Of a stretch of 64,000 nucleotides of DNA, positions 37,945 to 50,837 are shown piece after piece. The position numbers and the translations under genes were made by a program. Location of the stretch: the NCBI GenBank assembly GCA_951406725.2, contig OX597822.1, positions 61,814,001 through 61,878,000 of the forward strand. The letters run 5' to 3'. This stretch comes from Octopus vulgaris. Lineage: Eukaryota. Each line of letters starts with the position of its first letter. The first letter of the stretch is position 1. The notes beneath the pieces are model-generated. The model worked only from the letters and a program-made list of their open reading frames with translations, had not been told where the DNA came from and did not search any database.

Positions 37945-39525
37945 TACAGGACACCACAAATAAACGTAGAACGAGAAATGAAAACAAAATCAAACAAGGA
38001 AACGGACTTTTTTAACAACGAAAAAACAGAGTACAGGACAAACAATACAAGGAAAATTCCCCTTCATCAGCTGTCCTCATATATATATATATGCTTTTCT
38101 TCATTTGTATTGCTTTTACGTCCTGTTCTTGTCACTCGTTTTACCCTCTGCAAAAGCATTTTATTTAATTCCTTTTGCAGGAAGGACTTCTTCGGCCTGG
38201 CCGTGTTCTGTTCTTACCTTCGAAACACGCATTGAGCCGAACCAGGGACAGCTGATGAAGGGAATTTTCCTTGTATTGTTTATCCTGTACACTGTTTTTT
38301 CGTTGTTAAAAAAGTTCGTTTCCTTATTTGATTTTGTTTTCGTTTCTCGTTCTACGTTTATTTGTGGTGTCCTGTACTCATATATATATATATATATGTT
38401 TGTATATATACATGTAGATGTAAGTATGTACATATATGTATGTATATATGCATATATTTTATTTATTTATTATATTGTTATTATATGACCGAACGCACGC
38501 GTCGTTTCTCTTCGTTTCGCTCCCCCAAGTAAGTTTTTATTTGAATAATCATGACGCGCACTCTTACTCTTTACTTCACCTTTCCTCCCTGCCTGTCTGT
38601 CTTCCTCTCTACTTGCCTCTCTCCTTCTTATTTTTCCCTTTCTGGTTTCTTTCCCCTCTCTCTCTCTCTCTCTCTCTCTCTCCTCCTCCTCCTCCTCTCT
38701 GGTTCGTTGACCAGAGCGTGACCAAAAACTTTCTTTCAGCTCCATGCCTTCCACAAGCATAGACCAACTTCCCTGTCTCTCCGCAAGCCGATTTTTCACA
38801 TGCGTTCTAAGTAATTTTTCCATCGTCTAGGCCTAAAAAAAGCCCTTTTGTTTGTTCGTTGTCCTGTTATTCCTTTTTTGTACTGTTTTTTCTACTGTCT
38901 TTTCTTCATTTGTATTGCTTTTACGTCCTGTTCTTGTCACTCGTTTTACCCCTCTGCAAAAGCATTTTATTTAATTCCTTTTGCAGGAAGGACTTCTTCG
39001 GCCTGGCCGTGTTCTGTTCTTACCTTCGAAACACGCATTGAGCCGAACCAGGGACAGCTGATGAAGGGGAATTTTCCTTGTATTGTTTATCCTGTACACT
39101 GTTTTTTCGTTGTTAAAAAAAGTTCGTTTCCTTATTTGATTTTGTTTTCGTTTCTCGTTCTACGTTTATTTGTGGTGTCCTGTACTCATATATATATATA
39201 TATATGTTTGTATATATACATGTAGATGTAAGTATGTACATATATGTATGTATATATGCATATATTTTATTTATTTATTATATTGTTATTATATGACCGA
39301 ACGCACGCGTCGTTTCTCTTCGTTTCGCTTCTCCAAGTAAGTTTATATATATATACATATATATACGACGGGCTTCTTTCAGTTTCCGTCTACCAAATCC
39401 ACCCACAAGGCTTTGATCGGCCCGAGGCTATAGTAGAAGACATTTGCCCAATGTGCCACGCAGTGGGACTGAATCCAGATCCATGTGGTTGGTAAGCAAG
39501 CTACTTACCACATAGCCACGGCTGT
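36790..39525 (-). mobile_element. SINE family 1 split at its internal (TA)n by the palindromic array
   Basis: 3' half at 36790-37015 and 5' half at 39355-39525, same strand and collinear. Confidence 0.82.
37090..39344. repeat. Head-to-head array of a ~805-bp non-coding tandem unit (non-autonomous PLE or retrozyme-like)
   Basis: Minus arm 37090-38076 (period ~722) and plus arm 38094-39344 (period 805), separated by a short (TA)n. Confidence 0.85.
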
Positions 39526-39749
39526 CAACTCGTGAATGTGTATTACCATCACCGACAATTTACCTGGCAAATTATGTTATCTTAATTGTTAAAGAATAAT
39601 ACTGCCATCAATGCCCGTACTGAGACAAAACAGCTGTACGACACCTCTGAAACTGTCTCACCGACAAAGTCAGGGAGTCCAGAAACAAGCAAGAGTAAGA
39701 TCTGCGACTTTGCAATGAGGTTGCTATTATTTCGGAATTTCCTTCTCGA

Positions 39750-40945
39750 AGAGAACACAGTGGGGGCATTATACAAAGTAGAGCTTTTCTTTTGGGGAAG
39801 AAGAAGAGAAAAAAAGTGGGTCGAATTTCGATTAAAAGGGATCATGGAATAAAAGCCGATCAATGGGGATCGTGTATCACAGAAATGTCAATGTAAAAAG
39901 GGAAAATAGATTAGGTTTATCAGTGGAAAGAAAAGCCTACGTAAAAATGACCACGGTAACCTTGGGCAATAATGTCATGCAAAAAAAAACACATTACAGT
40001 AAGTGACTCTTTTTCTTTCTTTTTTTTGGTTCATAGGATTATGCTCAAGCTGGTTCCGTCATTCACACGTGCCATCCTTGCTATAGTCACCCATCTTTTT
40101 TTGAAACATTCACTAGACGAAGCTTCCCTCTTTACTCTCACCTTCCTCTTCAAGTGATACTTGAAGAAGTTGATGAGAGATTGACCAGAGAGGAAAGTGT
40201 CTATCTCTAAACCTTTCAGACGCGTCCACCATACACATTCTTTCGCCATAGCCACAAGTACGATGAAAATGGCTCTTCCTTCCCGTTTCAAGAAAGGAGG
40301 CACGACAACATTCACGATAGACTCAGTTGATAAACCAACTCGTTCCACACGTGATAGCAGTCGTTCGACATAGGCCCACAGGTCAGAAATGGTTGGACAC
40401 TGTACAAGTGCGTGCAGGATGGTTTCATCTCTCAGACCGCATCTCGGGCAGGTCGGCCCCGTGTTTCTCGAGTCATAACTGTAGAGCTTATCCCGAACGG
40501 ATAGTGCTTCTCGATAGCACTGCCAGGCCAGGGATCTCTGGAAGTTGTCCATAGGTCCCGGCTCGAAAGTCATCTTGAACAGGTGAGTCAGGTATTCCTC
40601 GTCGACGCCCAGGTTCGACCCGAGATCGTCGTCGTACCTCCCCTCCGCGAATCCCCTATAGAATGCTTTGGTTGTGTTAAAGTCGCTCAAGGTTGACCCG
40701 GAACGGCACAGTTGCTTGAGAGCAACGCGATACTCGCGGTACCATTCGCCCTTCCTCGGCCTCTTTTTGATCCACGACTGCAGTTCGGTCATGGAGACGA
40801 GCTGCGGGAAAACGCGATTCACAAATGGCAACGACACCTGTTCACCGTCTTCTACGTAGAGCCGGAGATGTCGCAGTCTCAGCGCGTGTCTGCGCATCAT
40901 CAACCACGGCATGCCCAGTCCTCCTTTTAACGGGTGTTGGCAGCA
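39750..40945 (-). mobile_element. L1/Tx1-clade LINE 3' fragment (open ORF2 C-terminus with zf-RVT, plus 3' UTR)
   Basis: HPLKGGLGMP...FQRSLAWQCYREAL.VRDKL...CPRCGLRDETILHALVQC; stop at 40031. Confidence 0.85.
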
Positions 40946-41337
40946 AATGTACATATATATATACATACATACATATACATTCTCTGAAACAAAATATTAC
41001 TGCTAGCACGGTTCCACGTTTATACACACACTTATTTTGTAATATAAGGCTGCTTCCAGTGCGTTCAATAATTAAATTCTCCCCTGGCTAGCTTTTGTGT
41101 GAACCGGTATATGTTTTGTTTACAGCTTTCTATATTGGAACAAGCATTTTTGTGGCTTAACTCAGAACGTCCAGAGTATACGTCATTGAAAAAACCAAAT
41201 CAGAACGAAATACCGTGCATAGCGAGCGATCCGACTTTTATACAAAAATCTCTGAGAAATTTCTCTTTAACAAAATATTGCATCTAATGAGGTTCCACGC
41301 ATGCGTGCAAATATTTTGTGTATGCACACCAATACAT

Positions 41338-41339
<2 letters not shown>

Positions 41340-41419
<80 letters not shown>

Positions 41420-41426
41420 GGATGGG

Positions 41427-41520
<94 letters not shown>
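41340..41520. repeat. (GATA)n microsatellite; another lies at 14088-14163
   Basis: Seen directly. Confidence 0.95.
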
Positions 41521-41521
<1 letters not shown>

Positions 41522-41849
41522 CATATTGTTTTATACCAAATGCTATTTTATATGTGGTTCTCAAGTTAAATATTCTTTTAAGAGTTCTTTTCTCGGTCTG
41601 AGAATGATGTACCGAAAATAAAATATCACAATGTTATATATAGTTCACAATATTACGTGGACCTAAAAGATGAATATTAACAAAAGCAGTATCATATACA
41701 AGTTTTTTAAGTGCCACCATCTGGACATTTTTGTGAATATCATAGACAAAACACTATCATAGACATAACAACAATGAAGAAGAACTATGACGGGTAAAAA
41801 CTTAGAATATTTTATGAGACAACATCAAACAGAAGAAACTAAATTAGAA

Positions 41850-42070
41850 AGAAGAAATGATTCACAGAGGTTGTTAATTGATGGCGAAATAAATGGAAAT
41901 GGAGGAAAAGAAAAACAAAAAATTGTAAGAATGAAATTATGTGGATGAATGATATAAAGAATTGTACAGGTTTAAAATAGAGTCAATTGATCATAAAAAA
42001 AGTGCATGAAAAACCGAGATGGTGATCTATGGTATTCAACTCCCTGAAAGCAGACGATAATTTATGATGA
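41850..42070 (+). mobile_element. Old RTE-like LINE 3' end remnant
   Basis: QRLLIDGEING...WMNDIKNCTGL...RW*SMVFNSLKADD. Confidence 0.5.
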
Positions 42071-42169
42071 CGCTCATGACATGTGTGAATATGTAGTATA
42101 TGTGTATATATGTGTGTGTGTGTGTGTGTGTAACAGAGTATTTAAGTATAAGTGAATATGTGTGACTCT

Positions 42170-42201
<32 letters not shown>

Positions 42202-42269
42202 CTCTCTGCCTTACTACACACACACACACAACACACACACACACACACACATACACACATAAATATATA

Positions 42270-42510
42270 TTGGGTTGTCCGGAAAGTTCGTGCCGATTAC
42301 ATTTCGACTTATTTTAGCTTACATTTCGACTTATTTTAGAACATGGTTGAGTCTATAAAATAGGATTTGACTACACCTCCATTTAGAGCACACTTTAAGC
42401 TATCTTTTCGTGGAAGAAGGTTTATGTTCCTATAACCTGTGTTAATTCTGTAACCCTTTAAAATGGAAGATAAGAAAGTTCATTTTCGGCACTTGATGTT
42501 TTGGGAACCA
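42270..42510 (+). mobile_element. Mariner deletion derivative, 5' part; same family as 54857-55420
   Basis: TIR ttgggttgtccggaaagttcgtgccg; MEDKKVHFRHLMFWEP. Confidence 0.85.
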
Positions 42511-42667
42511 GGACTTATTCTTTGTAAGCCTAGTACTTATTCTACCGGTTTCTTAGGCCGAACCACTAAGTTACGGAGATGTAAACACACCAGCATCAGT
42601 TGTCAAGCGATGGTTGGACGACAAACACAGACACACAAACATATACATACATACATACAAATATATA

Positions 42668-42726
<59 letters not shown>

Positions 42727-43195
42727 GACGCGTTTCTTTCAGCTTCCGTGTACCAAATCCACTCACAAGGCTTTGGTTATAGTAGAGGCTATAATACAAG
42801 ACACTTGCCGAAGGTGCCACGCAGTGGAACTGAACCCGGAGCCATAGGCGTGGTTGTGTGTTAAGAAGCCTTGCTTCCCAACTACATGGTTCCGGGTTCA
42901 GTTCCTCTGCGTGGCACCTTCGGCAACTGTCTTCTACTATAGCCTCTACTATAACCAAAGGCTTGTGAGTGGATTTGGTACACGGAAGCTGAAAGAAACG
43001 CGTCGTATATATATATATATATATATATATACACGTATATGTTTGTGTGTCTGTATTTGTCGTCCAACCATCGCTTGACAACTGATGCTAGTGTGTTTAC
43101 GTCCCCGTAACTTAGTGGTTCGACCTAAGAAACCGGTAGAATAAGTACTAGGCTTACAAAGAATAAGTCCTGGGGTAAATTTGTTCGACTAAAAG
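42508..43195. mobile_element. Head-to-head palindromic SINE family 1 pair
   Basis: Arms at about 42508-42845 and 42887-43172 share private variants. Confidence 0.88.
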
Positions 43196-43744
43196 TGTGT
43201 CGGTGAAACTCGCTGAGGATAACTGACATTTTCACAAAGTTTGAAATCGTGGCGATACGGGATATGTCTGACTTTTCAATTTACAATTTTTTCGTAATTG
43301 GTACGCGGGGATACAATTTCTGCCCATTCTCCCGATTTCAGCTAATGTGGCTGTAGTCGTCTTTTTGTAGTACCCTTAATTATTAATCAATAATTTTTTA
43401 CCATATGCTGTTTCTTTACGCGTGTTGTGCTACTTGTAATTATTGTAAACAATAATGTCATATAAATTTTTATTGTGTGTGTGTGTGTGTGTGTGTGTAC
43501 ATACGTTGCCGTCAATGCTGAACACTAATTACCATTATTTTAATATTCTTCCATTACTATCCATGTACTTTAATACATATGAGCACATTAGCTAGTGTTG
43601 CCTGAAACCGTCCGTCTGTGAGGATATGTAGTGTGTGATTGTGAGGAAGGCGTACGGTTGTAGGTGCTTGTTTGCGTGTGCATGGACATTCATGGTTCTA
43701 TGCGTGTGTATGCGTGTATGTGTATCTGTGTGTCTGTGTGTGTA

Positions 43745-43776
<32 letters not shown>

Positions 43777-44734
43777 GGGCATAAAATTTTTACAAATTTA
43801 TTACCAGCGGCCTAGCATGTATAAAAGTCTATAGTTTTTATTTTTCATTCCCTTTAAAATTGCTTAAATTTTTGTGGTCTTAAGTCGTTTTGACTGTCAC
43901 CTAGCGTGTAGAAATTACCGGTTATAGGTAAATTTCTCTTTGTGTTTAAATGTACACTATTTCATATATATATATCAAGATATAGATACATACATACAAG
44001 TCAGATAGACACATAATCGCATACATCCATACATCCGTCCATCTATACATACATACATGCATGCATACATATATACATATATACATAATACATACATACA
44101 TACATGTTTGGTAAAAGAAACAAGAGGAAAACTGCTCAATGCATAATTACAATTACCTTTTCTAGTTTTAATCGGTAGGAAGTCTACATGTGACTTGAGG
44201 ACCAAGAGGTATGGCACTTATCAAACTGAAGTTTCGACAGGACTTTCATTTTTAGAAACTTTCTACCAATGAAATACACATGCGCGCGCATAGATTTAAA
44301 TATACATATACGTATACCAGCGTCTGTTTTAAAAAGTACAACGGATCTAATAATTTGGCTTCCACCGTATGTTTATTAGCATGCCAATTAACACCTTTAC
44401 CGATGATGGTCCCTTTCCCCAAAAATTTCAGGCCTTGTGCCTATTGTAGAAAAGATATTACCTTAAAAGTTATCTTTCGTGAGTAAACTTGGTTACATGT
44501 ATTGGTAGAAAAGATTGCATTAACATATTTAATGTATGGGTCATTAAAAAGCTAACGAAGAATCACTATGCGATGAGGCAAAATAATATTAGCCAATTAT
44601 TGATATCCTATTCTATCTTAGCTCACATAAAAATTATATTAGTTCTCGAATTTTTATCGCTTATTTCTCTCTGCATATTGATTTTTAGATACTGCGTTAG
44701 TAGTCCTGGCATTAAATGTGTTAACAGTAACTTA

Positions 44735-44761
44735 CCATTATTATTATTATCATCATCATCT

Positions 44762-44805
<44 letters not shown>

Positions 44806-47470
44806 GTTGTTGTTGTTGTTGTTGTTGTTGCCTTTGCACAGATTCTAACGCTGGAGATGTACTACTGTGTCAATCGCTCACTACCAGTGAACTAAGGTGA
44901 CACCCCTTATTTTTGGAGCACCTTCCGGAGTATTCGAATTACTATCATTATTATAAACATTATTATTATTGTTGTTATTATTTTCATTATTATCTTTCAA
45001 TTCTGTTGCCATCTCTTGCTGAGTGTCTTCCTGACACCTAGGGCAGGGAAACGCGCTATATACATTGGTAGGCCATTAAAATAGACACTCCAGTTTGCTC
45101 ATTTACAAAGTCACGTGATAGAGAAAAAGAGGAAGAAAGGAAAAGGAAAAATAAAAAATAATAAAGTAAACAGAAAATAGAGGTGGAAAAAGGTAAGAAA
45201 ATTCACAGCGACAATGCTCTTCTCAATACATGCGACTTACTAGTTAAGACAATCTTTTTCACTTCACTTCCTGCATGTTAGGTAAGCCAGGGATCATTCT
45301 TAAATAATTTCCAGTTCCTTTTTTGATCATTCCAAATGCTCCTACAATCACTGGTATCGTAACCGTCTTGAGATGCCACATCTTTTCGATTTCGATTAGC
45401 AAATCTTTATATTTTCTGAGGTTATCAAATTCTTTTGCCGAGATATTATGGTTACAGGTTATCCTTATGATAATTAATAAACACACTTTATTCTTTTGGT
45501 CTTTCACAACAATATTTGCTTATTTGCTTTTGTGGTCCGGTCTGTAAAAAGGGGGAAGTCCAAAAGAATAGTTACATTTTCTCCCTCAGTTACAGTCTCG
45601 ATTTTGATTTTATAATGCCGACACATTATCCAATGTAGATATCGGCCAACTCTGTCGTGTCTTGACTTGTACTTTACAAGTACTAAAACCTTACACCCAG
45701 AGATTAGGTGGTCCACAGTTTCAATCCCATCGTTGCAGTATTGGCAATTTGGGTTTATTTCATTTTTCATCACTTTGGATTGATAGTTCCGGCTCAATAA
45801 GTTCTGATCTTGAGCAGCCAAGATAAAGCATTTACTTCTTGCCTTTGGCCTTGAGCTCCGTAGCCACTGATGGGTGTGTTTCTGGTATACATCAGCTTCT
45901 TTGCTACGAACCATGCAGTGGTTTTTGTTTGCTACGGACCATGCAGAGGTTATTTTTCCCATCTAACAGCCAATTGTTCAAACGCATTTTGCTTTGCTAT
46001 TGATTTCACCTTCTTTGCAACTACAATTGCTGCATTTCCCTCATGCTGTTCAACTTGGATGCATAAACTCACTTGGACATTTTTTGTTCTCCTTCATAAC
46101 AGAATGGAGCTTCTTAGGTCTTTCGTGGTTTTCAACGGGTTTAGCACCCAGTCGTTAGATGTTTCAAGATATTTTGCCAGTCCACTTGAGGTGGTTTTGT
46201 AAGAGATTTCGAACTGGACCAAGCCTAGGCCTCCTTGAGCTCTGGGTAAGTAGAGACGGTCTGCATCTGCCTTTGGGCAGTGCATCTTATTGCAAGTCGG
46301 CAGCTTGCAGATGTTCGTGTCAATCTTCCTTATTTCGTTCATATTTCAGTTCAACATATTGAAACTGTAAATAACAATCGGAACTGCTAAAGAATTTATA
46401 GCGTACACCTTGTTATGTGCATTTAACTCGGATTTTAGGGCTGCTCGAACTCTCCTGTAACATTTCTTTTTTCCTGCTAGCATGCTGAATATCAGAGCCC
46501 TCATTTATTCCGAGGTATTTGTAAGTTTGTTCCTGCTGGAATTGTTTTATGGCTGTGTCAACATACAACACCACTGAATATGGGGTCTTCAGTTTCCCTT
46601 TCTGGAAGATGGCCTCAGCGCATTTACCAAATTCCATCCCGATGTCATCACTGAATGCTTTCACAGCACGCAATAGTCCTTCAAGCTTGTTATCGTCTTT
46701 GCCATAGAATTTTAAGTCATCCATATAAAATAGATGACTTATTTTCTTGTCGCCAATTTTATATCCATACCCTGTTCAATTAAGTTCACTTGTGAGGGGT
46801 TATGCAAAAAAATATAAGTGAAAGTGAGTTACCTGGGAAAATGCCGCAGTTGATATCAATATTTTTTGTGGTCAGTACTTCAGTACAGTGGTATAATTGA
46901 AGATTCATATTCCACACTGCTTCAGGAAGTTTGAAATCACAGGAGAAATTTTGAAGATACCCAGTGATTTCAAGATCCATGAATGTGGTATGTTGTCAAC
47001 ATGGGCGACTGCTGGTCTTCAATAAACAACCTTGCCCGGACTTGTACCTAGGAGGGTAACTTTCTAGGTGCAATCCTATGGTCAGTGTCGTGACCGAAGG
47101 GGGTCTCAGTGTGTTACGATTGGTTGATAGTTGATCCTTGCATCCATATGAGCGTTGTCGGCACATTTTTTGTTCAGTGGGGAAAATATCGTTTTGTTCC
47201 ATAAATTTGCATGTTTTCTTCACGAGGATGGATGTTAAAATTTTATACGTTGTAGATAGACATGTTATGGGCTCCAATGCTCCAGTTATTGCTGCTATTG
47301 TTTTCACCTTCATCCCTCACATCTTGAATACTTCAATTTTGAGGTTTTCGTACTCTGACAAGTTCTCCGATTCCTTCTGGCAATATTTTGGTCAGAAGGC
47401 ACTGCAATGTCTATCAATGAGCAGGAGTTTTTTTATTTTTTCAATCCTGTTTTTATTATTGACCAGCAGT
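44735..47470 (-). mobile_element. R4/Dong-clade LINE (RT, CCHC, restriction-like endonuclease), degenerate, with (TAA)n-type tails
   Basis: PITCLSTTYKILTSI, SYGCKDQL, YMDDLK, YKYLG, RLYLPRAQGGLGL, AAQDQ, C..C....ETVDHLISGC, RHD, KYKDL. Confidence 0.87.
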
Positions 47471-49226
47471 CTTATTTTTATCGCTTGCTTTCACTGCACT
47501 ACCGAGTACAGCTCTGTGTGCCTTGGGTATATGCTGTGGCTTGTTGTGATGCTCCTATTTTCATTGTATTGAAAGAGTTTTACGTAGGATACGTGCGGTG
47601 CCTAGTAGTACTATTTTCTGTATGTTATATATACTTGTAAGTCCTGATGTTTTGGTTATGTATTTGTCTGGATATTTCTTTTATCATACCTAATACACTT
47701 ATTGTGTTAGGAATTGTTTGTGTTTTTAGACTTCACACACGAGTTACCGCTATTTCCAGGTCTTTGTATTTTGAAAGTTTCTCGGTTTCTTTCAGAGAGA
47801 CATTGTCATTTGTTGGTATTGACACATCGATTAGAAAGCATTTTTTCTTGGTGATCTCTGACAACTATATCCAGCCTATTGGCCTTAATTTCCCTATCTG
47901 TGTGTATTGGCATATCCCAGAGTATGGTTGCTATTTCTTTTTCTGTGACCTTTTCTGCTGTGTGCCTATATCATCTTTTTTCTGTTGTTATTCCGTAGCA
48001 TTGGCATAGATTCCAGTGTGTATAGGTCCCAACTCTGTCGTGTCTCAGAATATATTCCTTCTTAGCCAGGGCTGGGCAGCAAAAGACAATATGATTTATT
48101 GGTTTCTCTTCATCTCCATATATTCTGAATTTACATGTATTTCTTTTCATTACATGTATTTGGTAATTTCTGGTGGGAGGGTTTTGATCTTGTGCTGCAA
48201 TTAAAAATCCTTCAGTCTCTGGTTATATGATTTTGGTAATCTTTGGTGAGGAGACTTTCGTCTTGTGCTGTAATTAAAAAACCTTCAGTCTCTGCTTTGA
48301 GTACTGAGCTTCTCAGCCATTGTTGGAATTTTGCTTTGTCTATTTCTTTTCTGTTTAGTTTAACCTAGTATTTGCCGTGAAGGGGATTTCTTCGCTGTCA
48401 TTTTATCATAATCCGTTGCTGTTCAAGATTTTGGATTTCAGTTGTTGTAAAGCTTTTGCTGTTTCTTCTATTTCTTCATAGATACTATGACTTCTTTTTT
48501 ATATTTGTCAGCTTTTTAGCTTTTTCTTTTGCCCGTGTTTTGTGGCTATTTGTATTAGTTTTCTTTGCTTCTGAAGTACGTTTTTCTGTAGTCCTATGGT
48601 GGTTATTTTATAATAGTTTTCTAGCTGTATAAGGCCTCGACCACCTTCTGTACGTTGTATATACAATCTTTATGTGTCAGATTTTGTGTGGTGCAACCTA
48701 TATCCTGTCATTATATTTGTTGTTTTCCTGTCTATTTCGATTATTTCATTTATAGTACAGTTAAGAATATCGTAGCTGTAACTTATAACTGGAACGACTC
48801 GAGTGTTAACCTATTATCTTATTTTTTGCATTGAGCTCTGTTTTCAGTAATACTCTAACTCGTTTATAGTATTCTTTTCTTATTTTCTCTTTCATTTGCA
48901 TGTTTTGTATCGTATCTAGTTCATTGGTTCCTAAGTATTTGTATGTCTGGCTTTAGTCTAATTCTCTTACTTCATTTGTTTTATCTAGTGTGATGTTGCT
49001 ACTCTTGACTAGATTTCCTTTTTTCAAGGTTGCTTGTGCACATTTTTCTAAGCCAAATTTCATATTTATTTCTTTGGTAAATCCATGGTACTGTCTATAG
49101 TAATGTTTGCAGCTGTTTATCATTTGTAGCGTACAGTTTTAAATCATCCATATATAAGAGGTGTCTGATTATTTTGCCGTAACAGTTGTATCCACGTCCA
49201 GCTCTGTTTAGCATGTCAGATAAAGA
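47470..49226 (-). mobile_element. Second R4/Dong-clade LINE copy (different subfamily)
   Basis: HLLYMDDLKLYA near 49150; ILWDMPIHTDREIKANRLDIV, LIDVSIP, KYKDLEI, LLGTARILRK. Confidence 0.85.
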
Positions 49227-50837
49227 TGTCAGTGCCAAGCAGAAAAGGAGTGGAGAGTGGGGGGGGGGGCACACAGCACAAACACATACAACGGGCTTCT
49301 TTCAGTTTCTGTCTATCAAATCTACTCACAAGGGTCAACCCGAAGCTATAGCAGAAGACAATTGCCGAAGGTGCCACGCAGTGGGAATGAATCCTGAATC
49401 ATGTGGTTGGAAAGCAAGCTGCTTACCACACAGCCACGCCTCTAACATAACAAAATATATCACATTAATCCGATGACTTTGCTAAAAACGAAGAAGCGCA
49501 CCCTCCCTACATTATGAATGAATAATAAATTAACGATTATCCTATTTTTAACATGGTTAACTTCATTACTTGCTGTTTATATCGCTCGTTCATGCAGCTG
49601 GTGATAACAAAGAAGTAGATATTTCTGAATTTTATCGTAGCGTCAGAAATTATTTTCCCTCACATTTAGAAATCAATATATTTTCCAAACTTGCGGGGTA
49701 GTGAGTAGTGGCTGGCAGAAATGGAGAGCACCAGAAGAATACCTTTTGTTTCTTACTTTTTATTTATATATATTTTTTTCCTTCTTAAGAGGATTCCAAG
49801 TCCTGTGAGGAACGTCTTTGGTTTTCATCTATTCATGGTTAATAATAATTTCTGATTAAGGCACAAAACCAAGAGTTTAGAGGTAAAAAATTAGTCAAGA
49901 TTAGTCCTTCACTACTACTTTATTTTATCGACCCTGGGAAGATGAAACACAAAGCTGACCTCGGCAGGATTCGAATTCAAAACGCATGATCGGAAAAAAT
50001 AATGCAAGATATTTTTCTGACCTCCTCCTGCTTCTAAGACCCCCACCCGCAGTTTTCAAGTTTAAGAATAAAACTATTTCTGTCTGATTGATCAAAACCC
50101 TAAATTAGTCGTCTACCTAAATATTGATTTCAAATTTTGGCACAAGGCCAGCAATTTCGGGGGACGGGATAAGTCGATTATATCGACCCGAGTGTTCAAC
50201 AGGTACTTATTTTATCGATCCCGAAAGGATGAATGACAAAGTCTGTGAGTATATTTGTATTTATGTTATCAATTTCCCATACACGAGCACACATGTATAA
50301 ATATATATGAAACTAAATATTTATTAATTCGTTTCAAAATATCGTTCACGTAACATTTATAAATTGTACACAAACATGTGCGCACATGTGTGTGTATGTG
50401 TGTGCGTGTGTGTGTGTGTCTGTCTGTCTGTGTTTGTTCTCCACCACTACTTGGCAATCTTTGGCAAGGGGAATTGCTGGTTTCGCGAATATAATTGAAT
50501 TATATCAGTTTAAATCAACCCTAAAAAAGACCTCTTTCTCTCTTTCTTTTGTTCTTTCTTTCCTTCTTTTTTTCTTCACCTAGCCAAGCCTCAAAAAATT
50601 CTCCCACACACACACATAGTTACACACACATATACACTTACGTATATAAACACGCATGCAGGTTCAAAATAACAAAGAACAATCTCTTCCCAATTCAACT
50701 CCAGATTTTTCAGCTAACTCCCATATGTATAAATGACAAATGTTCTGTAAAACAATCGTTCATGATGAATCTCTGAAATGAGATGAAAGCGTTGAATAAA
50801 TAACTATCCTAAATTCCACCTCCTGTTCTTTAATATA

